Shown here piece by piece: positions 48,351 to 59,177 of a stretch of DNA of 64,000 nt. Made by a program: the position numbers and the translations under genes. Positions within the stretch are counted from its first letter, which is position 1. Every line of letters begins with the position of its first letter. The notes below the pieces were generated by a model, which saw only the letters and a program-made list of their open reading frames with translations, was not told where the DNA came from and did not search any database. Origin of the DNA: Candidatus Eiseniibacteriota bacterium (GTDB lineage: Bacteria; Eisenbacteria; RBG-16-71-46); assembly GCA_963717505.1 (NCBI GenBank), contig OY970342.1:4098541-4162540 (forward strand), read 5' to 3'.

Positions 48351-49100
48351 TCAGTGGGCCGCGCGCGCCAGGAGTTCGTCGGGCACGTTCAGGTTGGCGT
48401 AGACCCTCTGCACGTCGTCGTGCTCCTCGAGCGCTTCGACCAGACGGAGGACGGACTCGGCGCTCCCAATCGGGAGGTCGACCGTAACCGACGGGATCTT
48501 CGTGACCTCGGCACTCTGGATCGGGATCTTCTTCGCGGCCAGGACCTCGCGCACCGACTCGAGGCGCGCGGGCTCGACGTAGACCTCGTGGACTCCGGCG
48601 CCTTCCACGACATCCTCGCCGCCGGCCTCGAGCACGATCTCGATCAACGCGTCTTCGGTGATCACCGCGAAATCGACCAGGATCACGCCTCGAGTCTTGA
48701 ACAGGTAGGACACGGCACCGGCCTCGGCCAGAGCGCCGTGGTACTTCGTGAACATATGGCGGATCTCGCCGGCGGTTCGGTTGCGGTTGTCGGTGGCGAC
48801 CTCGACCAGCACCGCGACGCCGCCCGGAGCGTAGCCCTCGTAATGGGCTTCCTCGTAGTGGGCGCCTTCGATCTCGCCGGTGCCGCGCTTGATCGCACGG
48901 TCGATGTTCGCCGCCGGCATGTTCACGGCCTTGGCGGCCGCGATCGCGGTCCTCAGGCGGGCGTTGGAATCCAGATCACCGCCGCCGTGCCGCGCGGCGA
49001 TCGTGATCTCCTTGATCGCCCTCGAGAACTGTTGACCCCGCGCCTGGTCGGTGGCCGCCTTCTTACGCTTGATCGTCGCCCATTTGGAATGACCGGACAT
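48351..49100 (-). CDS. yebC: YebC/PmpR family protein
   Basis: MSGHSKWATIKRKK, YEGY-PGG, TDNRNRT, DDVQ-VY-N. Confidence 0.96.
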   Translation of the reverse strand: MSGHSKWATIKRKKAATDQARGQQFSRAIKEITIAARHGGGDLDSNARLRTAIAAAKAVNMPAANIDRAIKRGTGEIEGAHYEEAHYEGYAPGGVAVLVEVATDNRNRTAGEIRHMFTKYHGALAEAGAVSYLFKTRGVILVDFAVITEDALIEIVLEAGGEDVVEGAGVHEVYVEPARLESVREVLAAKKIPIQSAEVTKIPSVTVDLPIGSAESVLRLVEALEEHDDVQRVYANLNVPDELLARAAH

Positions 49101-49148
49101 GTCCGACTCCCGCGCGGGCTCCTCGTGCGCCTGGCTCCCGCCAGGCAC

Positions 49149-51245
49149 TTACGCGTGCGCCCCCGCCTCCCGCTCTGCCTTGGCCGCCGCGATCACCTTA
49201 TCCGCCATTTCGCGCGGCACCTCTTCGTACTGGACGAACCGGGCCGAGTGAGCGCCGCGCCCCTGCGTGATCGAGCGCAGATGGGTCGAGTACTTGTAGG
49301 TCTCGGCTTGCGGAACGATCGCGCGAATCACCTGGTAGTGACCGTCGGATTCGGTGCCCTGAATGCGCCCGCGGCGCGACGAAAGATCGCCCATCACGTC
49401 GCCTAGGAACTCTTCGGGCACCCGCACCTCGATCTCGTCGATCGGTTCGAGCAAGACCGGGCGCGCCTCGAGCATCACCTGATGGAAACAAGACTCGGCC
49501 GCGATCTTGAACGCCATTTCCGACGAGTCGACGTCGTGGTGCTTGCCGAAGAACAGCGCGGTGCGCACGTCGACCACCGGGCAGCCGGCGAGCGGGCCCC
49601 GCTCCATCGCGGCGACCACGCCCTTCTCGACCGCCGGAATGTACTGGTTGGGCACGACGCCGCCCTTGACCTCGTCGACGAACTCGAACTGGCCGCCGCG
49701 CGGCATCGGCTCGAGGCGCAGATGGACCTCACCGAACTGGCCGCGACCGCCGGTCTGTTTCTTGTGCCGGTATTCGCCCTGCGCCTTGGCTTTGACGGTC
49801 TCGCGGTACGGCACGTGCGGCTTGGACAGCACGACCTCGACGCCGAAGCGCTTCTTGAGCCGGTCGACCATGACCTCGATCTGGAGGTCGCCCATGCCCT
49901 GAACCAGCGTTTCGCGCGTACTCGACTCGAAGTGGCGCCGGAACGTCGGATCCTCCTCGTGAAGGCGCGAGAGTCCCTGGGCCATCTTCTCTTCGTCACC
50001 CTTGGTCTTGGCACGCACGGCCTCGGCGGTCACCGGATGCGGGAAGGCCGGCGGCGCGAGCTTCACGGGACGGGACTTGTCGGCGAGGGTGTCGCCGGTG
50101 TGGGTCTCGCGTAGTTTGACGGCGGCGACGATGTCACCGGCCGATGCGCTCTTGCAGTCCGAGCGCTCCTTGCCGACCAGGTGATAGAGGGTGCCGAGTC
50201 GTTCACTCTTGTTGCGGATGGTGTTCAGCAACTCCATGCCGTGCTCGACGCGGCCCGAGTAGAGGCGCACCAAGGACAGGTCGCCGAGGTGCTGCTCGGA
50301 GAGGGTCTTGAAGACCAGCGCGGCCGCGGGCTCCGTGGCCACGGGCTTGAGGGTGACCTCGCCCTTGCCTTCGACGGTGCCCGTCGAGGGCTTGACGTCG
50401 AGCGGCGAGGGCAGCACGTCGACCACCTCGTCGAGCACTTCTTTGACGCCTTGGTTGTTATAAGCCGAGCAGCAGAACGCCGGCACCAGGTCCCCCTGGA
50501 CCACGCGCTCGCACAGGCCCTTGCGGATCTCCTCGACGGTCAGCTCGCCGCTCGAGAGGAACTTCTCCATCAGGTGCTCGTCCCCGGTCGCCGCTTCTTC
50601 GAGCAGCTTGGCGCGAGCCTCGGCGGCCTCGTCCACCATGTCGGCCGGGATCGGCACTTCCTGGCTCTTCTCGTCCATGCCCTTGCCGGTGAAGGTGTAG
50701 GCCTTGTTCTCGATCAGGTCGACGATGCCGTGGAACGTCTCGGCCTCGCCGATCGGCAGCTGGGTCGCCACCGCGTTGACCCCGAGCCGGGTGTGGACCG
50801 AGCGCACCGCCGAACGGAAGTCGGCGTGCTCCTTGTCCATCATGTTGACCACCAGCAAGGTCGGCGTGCGGTTCTTGCGCATGATCTCCCACACCACCTC
50901 GGTCCCGACCTCGACCCCGGCATTGGCCCGCAGCACGAGAATCGCGGCGTCCGCGACCCGCAACGCGCTGTGGACGTCGCCGACGAAGTCGGCGTAGCCG
51001 GGCGTGTCGAGCAGGTTGATCTTGTGGTTCGCCCACTCGAACTGGGCGAGGCCGAGGTTGATCGTGATCTGGCGCTGCACTTCATCCGGCGCATGATCGA
51101 GCAGCGTGGTGCCGTCGGCGATGCGCCCGAGACGGGTCGTCGCCTTGGCGAGGAACAACATGGCTTCGGCCAGGGTGGTCTTGCCCACTCCGTGGTGGGC
51201 GACCAGGGCGACGTTGCGGATCTGGGCGGTGGCGAATTCCTTCAA
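49149..51245 (-). CDS. fusA: Elongation factor G paralog (EF-G II)
   Basis: TTG with SD GGAGGTG; AHHGVGKTT, RQITI, DTPGYADF, NMMD, GMGDLQ, HKKQTGGRGQF, HDVDSSEMAF. Confidence 0.9.
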   Translation of the reverse strand: MKEFATAQIRNVALVAHHGVGKTTLAEAMLFLAKATTRLGRIADGTTLLDHAPDEVQRQITINLGLAQFEWANHKINLLDTPGYADFVGDVHSALRVADAAILVLRANAGVEVGTEVVWEIMRKNRTPTLLVVNMMDKEHADFRSAVRSVHTRLGVNAVATQLPIGEAETFHGIVDLIENKAYTFTGKGMDEKSQEVPIPADMVDEAAEARAKLLEEAATGDEHLMEKFLSSGELTVEEIRKGLCERVVQGDLVPAFCCSAYNNQGVKEVLDEVVDVLPSPLDVKPSTGTVEGKGEVTLKPVATEPAAALVFKTLSEQHLGDLSLVRLYSGRVEHGMELLNTIRNKSERLGTLYHLVGKERSDCKSASAGDIVAAVKLRETHTGDTLADKSRPVKLAPPAFPHPVTAEAVRAKTKGDEEKMAQGLSRLHEEDPTFRRHFESSTRETLVQGMGDLQIEVMVDRLKKRFGVEVVLSKPHVPYRETVKAKAQGEYRHKKQTGGRGQFGEVHLRLEPMPRGGQFEFVDEVKGGVVPNQYIPAVEKGVVAAMERGPLAGCPVVDVRTALFFGKHHDVDSSEMAFKIAAESCFHQVMLEARPVLLEPIDEIEVRVPEEFLGDVMGDLSSRRGRIQGTESDGHYQVIRAIVPQAETYKYSTHLRSITQGRGAHSARFVQYEEVPREMADKVIAAAKAEREAGAHA

Positions 51246-51372
51246 GAGACACCTCCCCACGGGGATCGGAAGCAAATGGGCGTCGATAGGCGGGCGAAAC
51301 CGGTGCGCTGTCGCGGCCGGCGCGGGGACGGTCGAAGTCGAAGAGAGCGTCCCTAAACCCAAGCAACTGCGA

Positions 51373-51434
51373 ACGCTATCACCCGCGCGAAACACCGGTC
51401 AAGGTTGACCACATGCGCCCGGGGTCTCTATCGT
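51373..51434. promoter_or_regulatory. Back-to-back divergent sigma70-type promoters
   Basis: Minus strand TTGACC-N18-TAGCGT (51402..51373); plus strand TTGACC-N18-TATCGT (51405..51434); centred on GGTCAA-GG-TTGACC. Confidence 0.55.
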
Positions 51435-51499
51435 GGTCGTCTACTTCTGCCTGCCGGGTCCATCCCCTTGGTCTGCCGGCGACGCCAGGGGAACCAAGC

Positions 51500-51934
51500 A
51501 TGCACCGCATTGGACGACACCACCGTGCACGGATGTTGGTCCTGCCGCTCGTCTCCGTTCTGGTTGCTCTGGGGATGATGTCCGCAGCGGGGACCGCGGA
51601 TCCCGAGAAGCTCGGCCGATCGACCGGCGATCCCGCCAAAGGCAAGAAGATCTTCGCGGTCAAGTGCGTCGCCTGCCACAAGGCCGACGGCAGCGGCGGC
51701 GTCAAGGTGACGACCGTCGCCACCCCCGACTGGCGCGACTCGAGCCGCATGGCCGACTCCACTCACGACGACGACTACCTGCGCGAGTGCATCACCAACG
51801 GGCGGCCGAAATCGGGCATGGTCTCCTGGAAGACGCAGGGCGTGAAGACCGCCGACATCGAGAATCTGATCGCCTACATCCGGACGTTCAGCGCAACACC
51901 CCCGGCCGCGAAGGCCAGCGCCAAGGGCAAGTAG
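51500..51934 (+). CDS. Monoheme class I cytochrome c
   Basis: Signal/TM, GDPAKGKKIF, CVACH, distal Met (SGMVSW), LIAYIR. Confidence 0.9.
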   Translation: MHRIGRHHRARMLVLPLVSVLVALGMMSAAGTADPEKLGRSTGDPAKGKKIFAVKCVACHKADGSGGVKVTTVATPDWRDSSRMADSTHDDDYLRECITNGRPKSGMVSWKTQGVKTADIENLIAYIRTFSATPPAAKASAKGK

Positions 51935-51996
51935 GCGCCGGTTGCCGCGAGGATCGCCGAAGCCATCGAGTGCTGCCCGCTCGGCGAAGCCGGCGA

Positions 51997-53733
51997 CTAA
52001 CGGATCTGGATCGACCAGGGCATGAGCGCCAACGCCCGCGCATCGTGCAGGCGAGAGACCGTCAGCCACGCCCGGAGCACGGCGCTGCCCGCGATCTGCG
52101 TCAGGTCGGTGGGCGGTTCCTCCCTCACTTCTTCGCTGAACAGGCTGTCGAAGAAACGCTGATACCACGGGTGCTCGACGTGGGGCAGCACTTCAATGGC
52201 ACTGTCGTCGCCGAGCTGCGCGGCTTCCCGGGCCAGCGCGATCGCGAGCGGCAGGCCGCCCAGCGTGTCGACCAGGCCCAGCTCGTGGGCCGCGACACCG
52301 GTCCACACACGACCCTGCGCCACCGCGTCGACCTGGGGCACGTCCATCCCCCGGCCCTCGGCGACCCGATCGAGGAACGTGCGATACAGCTCGTCGGTCT
52401 CGCCCTGGAGCCATTCGCGCTCTTCGGCGGTGAAGTCACGATAGGGCGACAGCATCCCGGCGTGGGCACCGCGCGATACCGTCTCGATGTTGATCCCCAG
52501 CTTGTTCATCAACCCTGAGATGTTGAACTTGCCGACGTAGACGCCGATCGAGCCGGTGATGGTCGACGGCTGAGCCACGATCAGGCGCGCCGGAGCGGCA
52601 ATGTAGTAGCCGCCCGAGGCCGCGACGTCGGACATGCTCACGATCAGCGGCTTCTCGTCGCCCAGGCGCCGCGCCTCGCGCCAGATGTCGTCGGCCGATT
52701 GCATGACCCCGCCCGGGCTGTCGATGCGCAGGACCACGGCCTTGATCGCGTCTCGGGTGCGCGCTTCGCTCAGGGTCTCGACCAGCGTCTCGGAGCCCAG
52801 GATGCGCTCCCCCGGCGTATCGCGACTGGTTCCGGGGAGGATCGTCCCGCTGGCGTGAATGACGGCGATCCGATCGCCGGTGCGGCGCGCTTTCTTGGAA
52901 CTCGAGTAGTCCTCGAAATCCATGGTTTCGACGTCTTCACCAATGCTGGTCGCGACCAGCGAATCGAAGTCGGCCCGGTGCATCAGCGTGTCCACCAGGC
53001 CCGACTCCCATGCTTCCTGGGCGGTGAAAGGGCCCGCGTTTAGCAGCGTCACCATGTCGTCACGTTCGAGATCGCGCGCCGTCGCGAGCGTGTCGATCAG
53101 GATTCCGTAGAGGTCGTCGAGAATGCGCTCGAGCGCCTCGCGCGCCGCCGGCGACAGGTCGGTTCGCGTGTACTCCTCCGGCGCCGACTTGTAGACGCCG
53201 GCGCGCACGAAATTGGCACGCACATCGAGCTTGTCGAGAGCGCCGCCGAGGAACATCGACGAGGCGCTCAGTCCATCCACGTGAAGCCGGGCCTGCGGCG
53301 GCAGCGTGACGATGTCGGCCGCGGAGGCCACGTAGTATTCGAGGTCCCCGCCCCCCATGAGCTGCGCGATCACCGGCTTGCCGGTGGCGCGGAACGCCTG
53401 CAGCGCGTCGCGCAGCTCGCTGGCCTTGGCCCAGCCCCAGTCGAGCAGGTCGATCTCGAGCGCCAGCCCCCGGACCCTTTCGTCGCGAGCCGCACGGTCG
53501 ATGGTCGTCAGGACGTCGCCGAGGTAAGGGCCGCGCGATCCGGACCACGCCGCCATCAAACCTCGCGAGGGGGCCTCGCACTCCTCGATCAGCATCGGCA
53601 CCTCGTAGACCAGCACGACATCGCTGGCCGACGTCTGCGACGGCCCGCGCAGGCTCCACGCCGCAAACAGGACCACGGTGCCCAGCAGCGTGAACAGGAG
53701 CAGGAAGATCCAGACGCCCCGGCGACTCGACAT
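51997..53733 (-). CDS. sppA: Signal peptide peptidase, 67-kDa type
   Basis: SD GGAGGT; AGVYKSA, RIDSPGG, AASGGYY, TGSIGV, QGRVWTG. Confidence 0.93.
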   Translation of the reverse strand: MSSRRGVWIFLLLFTLLGTVVLFAAWSLRGPSQTSASDVVLVYEVPMLIEECEAPSRGLMAAWSGSRGPYLGDVLTTIDRAARDERVRGLALEIDLLDWGWAKASELRDALQAFRATGKPVIAQLMGGGDLEYYVASAADIVTLPPQARLHVDGLSASSMFLGGALDKLDVRANFVRAGVYKSAPEEYTRTDLSPAAREALERILDDLYGILIDTLATARDLERDDMVTLLNAGPFTAQEAWESGLVDTLMHRADFDSLVATSIGEDVETMDFEDYSSSKKARRTGDRIAVIHASGTILPGTSRDTPGERILGSETLVETLSEARTRDAIKAVVLRIDSPGGVMQSADDIWREARRLGDEKPLIVSMSDVAASGGYYIAAPARLIVAQPSTITGSIGVYVGKFNISGLMNKLGINIETVSRGAHAGMLSPYRDFTAEEREWLQGETDELYRTFLDRVAEGRGMDVPQVDAVAQGRVWTGVAAHELGLVDTLGGLPLAIALAREAAQLGDDSAIEVLPHVEHPWYQRFFDSLFSEEVREEPPTDLTQIAGSAVLRAWLTVSRLHDARALALMPWSIQIR

Positions 53734-53796
53734 GAAACCTCCAGGCAAGGGAACCGCGATTCTAGACGACCGGCGAGGGCGCCGACGGGGCCGCGG

Positions 53797-55149
53797 TCAG
53801 AAGAGTCTACGCACGTCGACCGACAAGTAAAGGCTACGCGCGTCATCGGCCGATCGGGCGTGTTCCTCGATGCGCCCGGAGGCCAGTACCCGCAAGCGGA
53901 CTTCCGACCCGATCGGGTGGTCCCCGTAGAGCGAAAGATCGTAGAAACGATAGGGAGAATGCAGCGAGAACTCGACTTCGTCGTATTCCCGCCAGCCGAT
54001 GGCGGGCGCGAGCGACCACCAGGCGCCGCCGGCGAGCACGTCGAGGTCGATGGCCGCCGCCAGCTCGCGATAGGACTCGCTCGGATTCCAGGGCGCATCG
54101 AGGATCTCGCCGCGCGGGCCGAAGCTGACACGCAGCCGCTCGAGTTCGTAGCGCGGCGCCAGGCGGGCGCGCACCAGCTGGTAGTCGAAGAACGCGACGC
54201 TGTCGGGATCGTCGTAGCGCATGGCTTCCGCCTGTCCGGAGGTCACGAGTGCCACGCGGGTGAACCAGCGCCACTCCCAGTCGGCGCTCGCGTCCGCCCG
54301 GAAGAAGCGATCGCGACTGTCAGGGACCGGCTGATTGCCGACCCGGCGCACGGCGTTGCCGTCGACCGCGAGGCTGTGCCCCAGGCCCAGCTCACGCCGC
54401 GCGTGCAGCGAGAGCGCATGCTCGTCGTGGTCGCGGGTCAGCGAGTCGGGGAATTGGCGCACCGTGAAGTCGTATCGGACCCGTGCCTCGGTGCCGAACA
54501 TCGGCGCGTGCTCGAAGCCCGCCCAGGCGCGCAGCAGGTTGCGATCGAGGACGTACTCGGACCCGATGCCGCTCGAGCGGGCCAGCTCGCCGCCCCCGCC
54601 CAGCTCCAGACGCTGCTCGTCCCATGCGCCACCCCGGCGAAGACGGAGCATGGCACTCGCAAGCCCGCGTCGCATGTCGCGGCCGAACGTCCGATCGCGC
54701 TCGTACTCGGCCCAGGGCGCGAGTGTCAGGTCCCAGGCCCCGTGCATGGCGAGCGCACTGCCCCCCAGGATCGCTCGCTGAAGCTTGTTGCCCAGATTGA
54801 GCTCACTCTGAAGACGATAGCGCGTGCGTCCATCCCTGGCGCCCTCGAAGTACGAGGTCATGACCGCGGCGTAGCGCGACTCGGGAGTCGTCACGCGCTG
54901 AGGCGGCAGGAACGTCGTGTCGGTGAACGAATCCTCGTAGAAGAGCTCGTTGGTCCAATCGGACCGAACCCCGGCCTCGAGTCGCACGATCGAGGTGTCG
55001 CGCGGGGTCGTGAACCCGGGCTCGGCTTCAGCGGCCTCGGAGGCGCCCGCGCACAGCGTCGCGGACAGCGCGATGCCCAGGACGCGGACCGAGCGGAGTC
55101 GATCCGGCCGGCGAACGGCGGGAGTCGCGGTGCGGCGTGTTTTCGTCAC
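53797..55149 (-). CDS. Hypothetical outer-membrane beta-barrel protein
   Basis: Signal-like N-terminus, amphipathic strand pattern, C-terminal LYLSVDVRRLF. Confidence 0.65.
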   Translation of the reverse strand: MTKTRRTATPAVRRPDRLRSVRVLGIALSATLCAGASEAAEAEPGFTTPRDTSIVRLEAGVRSDWTNELFYEDSFTDTTFLPPQRVTTPESRYAAVMTSYFEGARDGRTRYRLQSELNLGNKLQRAILGGSALAMHGAWDLTLAPWAEYERDRTFGRDMRRGLASAMLRLRRGGAWDEQRLELGGGGELARSSGIGSEYVLDRNLLRAWAGFEHAPMFGTEARVRYDFTVRQFPDSLTRDHDEHALSLHARRELGLGHSLAVDGNAVRRVGNQPVPDSRDRFFRADASADWEWRWFTRVALVTSGQAEAMRYDDPDSVAFFDYQLVRARLAPRYELERLRVSFGPRGEILDAPWNPSESYRELAAAIDLDVLAGGAWWSLAPAIGWREYDEVEFSLHSPYRFYDLSLYGDHPIGSEVRLRVLASGRIEEHARSADDARSLYLSVDVRRLF

Positions 55150-55179
55150 GGGCTCCAGGGTGCCCGGTCGGGGTTGGGG

Positions 55180-55989
55180 TCAGAAGCTGCCGACGCCGGC
55201 CAGTCGCGCGGCCCGATAGGCGAACGCGCGGGCCGATTGCGTCTGGCGCAGGCTGGCTTCGTGGTGGCCGTCGCGGAACTCGCGGGTCGCCCGGATCTGC
55301 AGCTCCCGGGCGCGAGCGAGCGATTCGCGCGCGGCGTCGTTGGTCGAGCCGGAAACCGCTTCCGAAACCCGATCGAGGAACGCCTCGGTGCGTTGCAGGG
55401 CCCGGCCCGCCGTCTCCTCGAGGTTCTCCTCCATGCGGCACAAGCGCAGAGCGCGGTGCGCGCGCTCGCGGGCGCTGATCGTCAGCTGCAGAGCGGCGAG
55501 ATACCGGCTCGCACGCGCGGCCTCCTCGGCGCGCCGCTGCATTTCCGTGGCTGCAGTCACCAGGGAACGCGCGCGATCCAGGTTGCACTCCTCGATCCGT
55601 TCGCGCGTGCGCTGCAACAGCTCCTGCGTGCGTTCGAGCTGGATCTGCACGCGATCCGGATCCGGCAGATTGCGGAGCAGTGCGATGGCGCGGTCTGCGC
55701 GACGCCGGGCGTCCAGCGTCAGGCGGGCGGCGAGCACCAGGTCACCGGCGCCGAAGGCGACGCGTGCCCGACGCTGCAGGTCCTCGGCGGCGCTCAGCTC
55801 CGAAGTCGCGAGCGGACTGCCGTCGGTTCTCATGATCGACTGGGCGAACTCGATGCGGCGGTCGGTGAGTTCGAGTTCGGACTGGACCCGCTCGCGGCTG
55901 GGCCCCGTGACCTGCGCGAGCGCAGGAGAGGCGAAGGCGAGCAGCAAACCCAGGTGGGCGAGGAGCCTATTCAGGACTTTGAACCTCAT
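55180..55989 (-). CDS. Exported helical-repeat protein
   Basis: Signal ALA; three repeats ending TxxARxxAxRA. Confidence 0.7.
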   Translation of the reverse strand: MRFKVLNRLLAHLGLLLAFASPALAQVTGPSRERVQSELELTDRRIEFAQSIMRTDGSPLATSELSAAEDLQRRARVAFGAGDLVLAARLTLDARRRADRAIALLRNLPDPDRVQIQLERTQELLQRTRERIEECNLDRARSLVTAATEMQRRAEEAARASRYLAALQLTISARERAHRALRLCRMEENLEETAGRALQRTEAFLDRVSEAVSGSTNDAARESLARARELQIRATREFRDGHHEASLRQTQSARAFAYRAARLAGVGSF

Positions 55990-56005
55990 GGCACCGGTCA
56001 CCAGT

Positions 56006-56021
56006 TGCAGGCCACGTGCCG
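56006..56021 (-). promoter_or_regulatory. Putative sigma54 promoter
   Basis: CGGCACGTGGCCTGCA (GG-N10-GC) just upstream of 55989. Confidence 0.5.
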
Positions 56022-56193
56022 GGCTGGGGGCCGGCAGGATTCGCGAGCCAACCCATACTCCGACAAGGCCTTGGGATCCTGGGGGAAAACCCGCTCCGCG
56101 GGTGGCAGGACGACATTCTGCTCCCGCCGGTACGTAATGATCCAGCCCGGTGGCCCGTCCCGGCCGGCGCTCATCGAGGCGGCAGGCCGTTGA

Positions 56194-56220
56194 CCCACCG
56201 GCAGCGTCCGACTAGCGTCC
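56194..56220 (+). promoter_or_regulatory. Putative ECF-sigma promoter (CCCACC-N16-CGTCC)
   Basis: One mismatch to the 2497/37159 motif, same spacer length. Confidence 0.4.
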
Positions 56221-56305
56221 CGCCATCCCGCCAGCAAAGGGCCGCCCCCTGAGTGAGTACCGGGCCTCACGAGGCATCGAACCTACCGACTCAGGGAGGC
56301 AACCC

Positions 56306-56920
56306 ATGCGCGACGCGATACGTGCTGCGCTGTTGGCTGCATCATTCGTGGCGATGCCGACCGCCGCGTTTTCCGCGGGCTGGCAATTCGGCGTTCAGGG
56401 CGGCGCTTCGATCCCGACCGGAGACTTCTTCGACTCACAACATGCCGAGACCGGCTCCATCTTCAGCATCTCGGCGGACTACCTGTTGGGCGAGATGTGG
56501 ACGTTGGGCGCCAACTTCAGCATGACTGGAAACAACCACGCAAATGTAGGCCCGTCAGGCAGCATCGTCACTGTGGACGAGCACAAGTACTCGACCACCC
56601 AGTTCGGTGCCCACGCCAGGTACATATTTCCGGTCGGCGGAAATATCAAGCCGTTCGGCATCCTTGGAGCAGGCAGTACCGAATTCAGAGAGAAGGAAAC
56701 GGTTACCTACTCGTACCCAGGCACACCTGTCGAGACCTACAACCGGGATTCGGGGCGGAGGGCGGTCAGCGGCAAGATTGGCGCCGGTGCCACCTGGTGG
56801 CCGAGCGCGACGTGGGGCATCGGTTGCGAGGCCGATTACAACTACATGGTCCTGGAGGATGGCTTGCCGTACTTTGCGTTGAGCGCCGGCGCAATGTTCA
56901 GGATCCCCGGGGCGAAGTAG
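56306..56920 (+). CDS. 8-stranded outer-membrane beta-barrel (OmpA/OmpW-like)
   Basis: SD GGGAGG, signal peptide, GGASIPTGDF, IKPFGILGAG, C-terminal AGAMFRI. Confidence 0.82.
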   Translation: MRDAIRAALLAASFVAMPTAAFSAGWQFGVQGGASIPTGDFFDSQHAETGSIFSISADYLLGEMWTLGANFSMTGNNHANVGPSGSIVTVDEHKYSTTQFGAHARYIFPVGGNIKPFGILGAGSTEFREKETVTYSYPGTPVETYNRDSGRRAVSGKIGAGATWWPSATWGIGCEADYNYMVLEDGLPYFALSAGAMFRIPGAK

Positions 56921-56956
56921 GCCTCGCAGCTCCCCACGTGACCCCCAATTGGGTGC

Positions 56957-56991
56957 AAAGAAAAAGGGCCCCGCGGCGAACCGCGGGGCCC
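56957..56991 (-). terminator. Intrinsic terminator of the rRNA operon
   Basis: GGGCCCCGCGG-TTCG-CCGCGGGGCCC followed by TTTTTCTTT. Confidence 0.92.
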
Positions 56992-57000
56992 GAAGAATTT

Positions 57001-57117
<117 letters not shown>

Positions 57118-57464
57118 ATTTTTTATGACAATCGAACGAGACGAGGGCAGACACGAGCGAAGCGCCAATGTTTGAAATTTATACCGGCCAAGCCGCACGG
57201 CTTATTAGTACGGGTCGGCTGAAGTCCTTACGGACCTTACACCTCCCGCCTATCGACGTCGTAGTCTCCGACGAGCCTTCAGGTGGCATACGCCACGGGA
57301 TCCCTAATCTTGAGGTGTGTTTCGCGCTTAGAGGCTTTCAGCGCTTATCACGTCCGAACATAGCTACCCGGCAATGCCCTTGGCAGAACAACCGGTACAC
57401 TAGAGGTTCGTTCGCTCCGGTCCTCTCGTACTAGGAGCAACTCCCCGCAAGGATCCTTCGCCCA

Positions 57465-57510
<46 letters not shown>

Positions 57511-57515
57511 ACGTA

Positions 57516-57598
<83 letters not shown>

Positions 57599-57623
57599 CT
57601 CCGTCGATGTGAACTCTCGGGAG

Positions 57624-57661
<38 letters not shown>

Positions 57662-57781
57662 AAGCGATGGCCTTTCCATGCAGAGCCACCGGATCACTAT
57701 GCCCTGCTTTCGCATCTGCTCGACTTGTAGGTCTCGCAGTTAAGCTCCCTTGTGCCATTGCACTCCACGCGCGATTACCGA

Positions 57782-57816
<35 letters not shown>

Positions 57817-58102
57817 TTTTAGGAGGCAACCGCCCCAGTTAAACTGCCCGCCTGACACTGTTCCACGGCCGGTTGAACGGCTCGGGGTTAGAATCCCGAT
57901 ATTTCAAGGGTGGTATTTCAAGGTTGGCTCCACGAGGGCTAGCGCCCCCGCTTCAAAGCCTCCCACCTATCCTACACATGAAAGATCAAGACCCAATATC
58001 AGGTTACAGTAAAGGTGCACGGGGTCTTTCTGTCCAGTCGCGGGTAAGCGGCATCTTCACCGCTGCTACAGTTTCGCCGAGCTCTTGCAGGAGACAGCAG
58101 TC

Positions 58103-59177
<1,075 letters not shown>

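Noticed and set aside
53281-56193. 970-aa plus-strand ORF (likewise 20047..22296, 45340..47241, 30024..31676 and others)
   Set aside because: Long shadow frames are expected at high GC; they overlap well-supported genes and have low-information Arg/Ala/Gly-rich composition.
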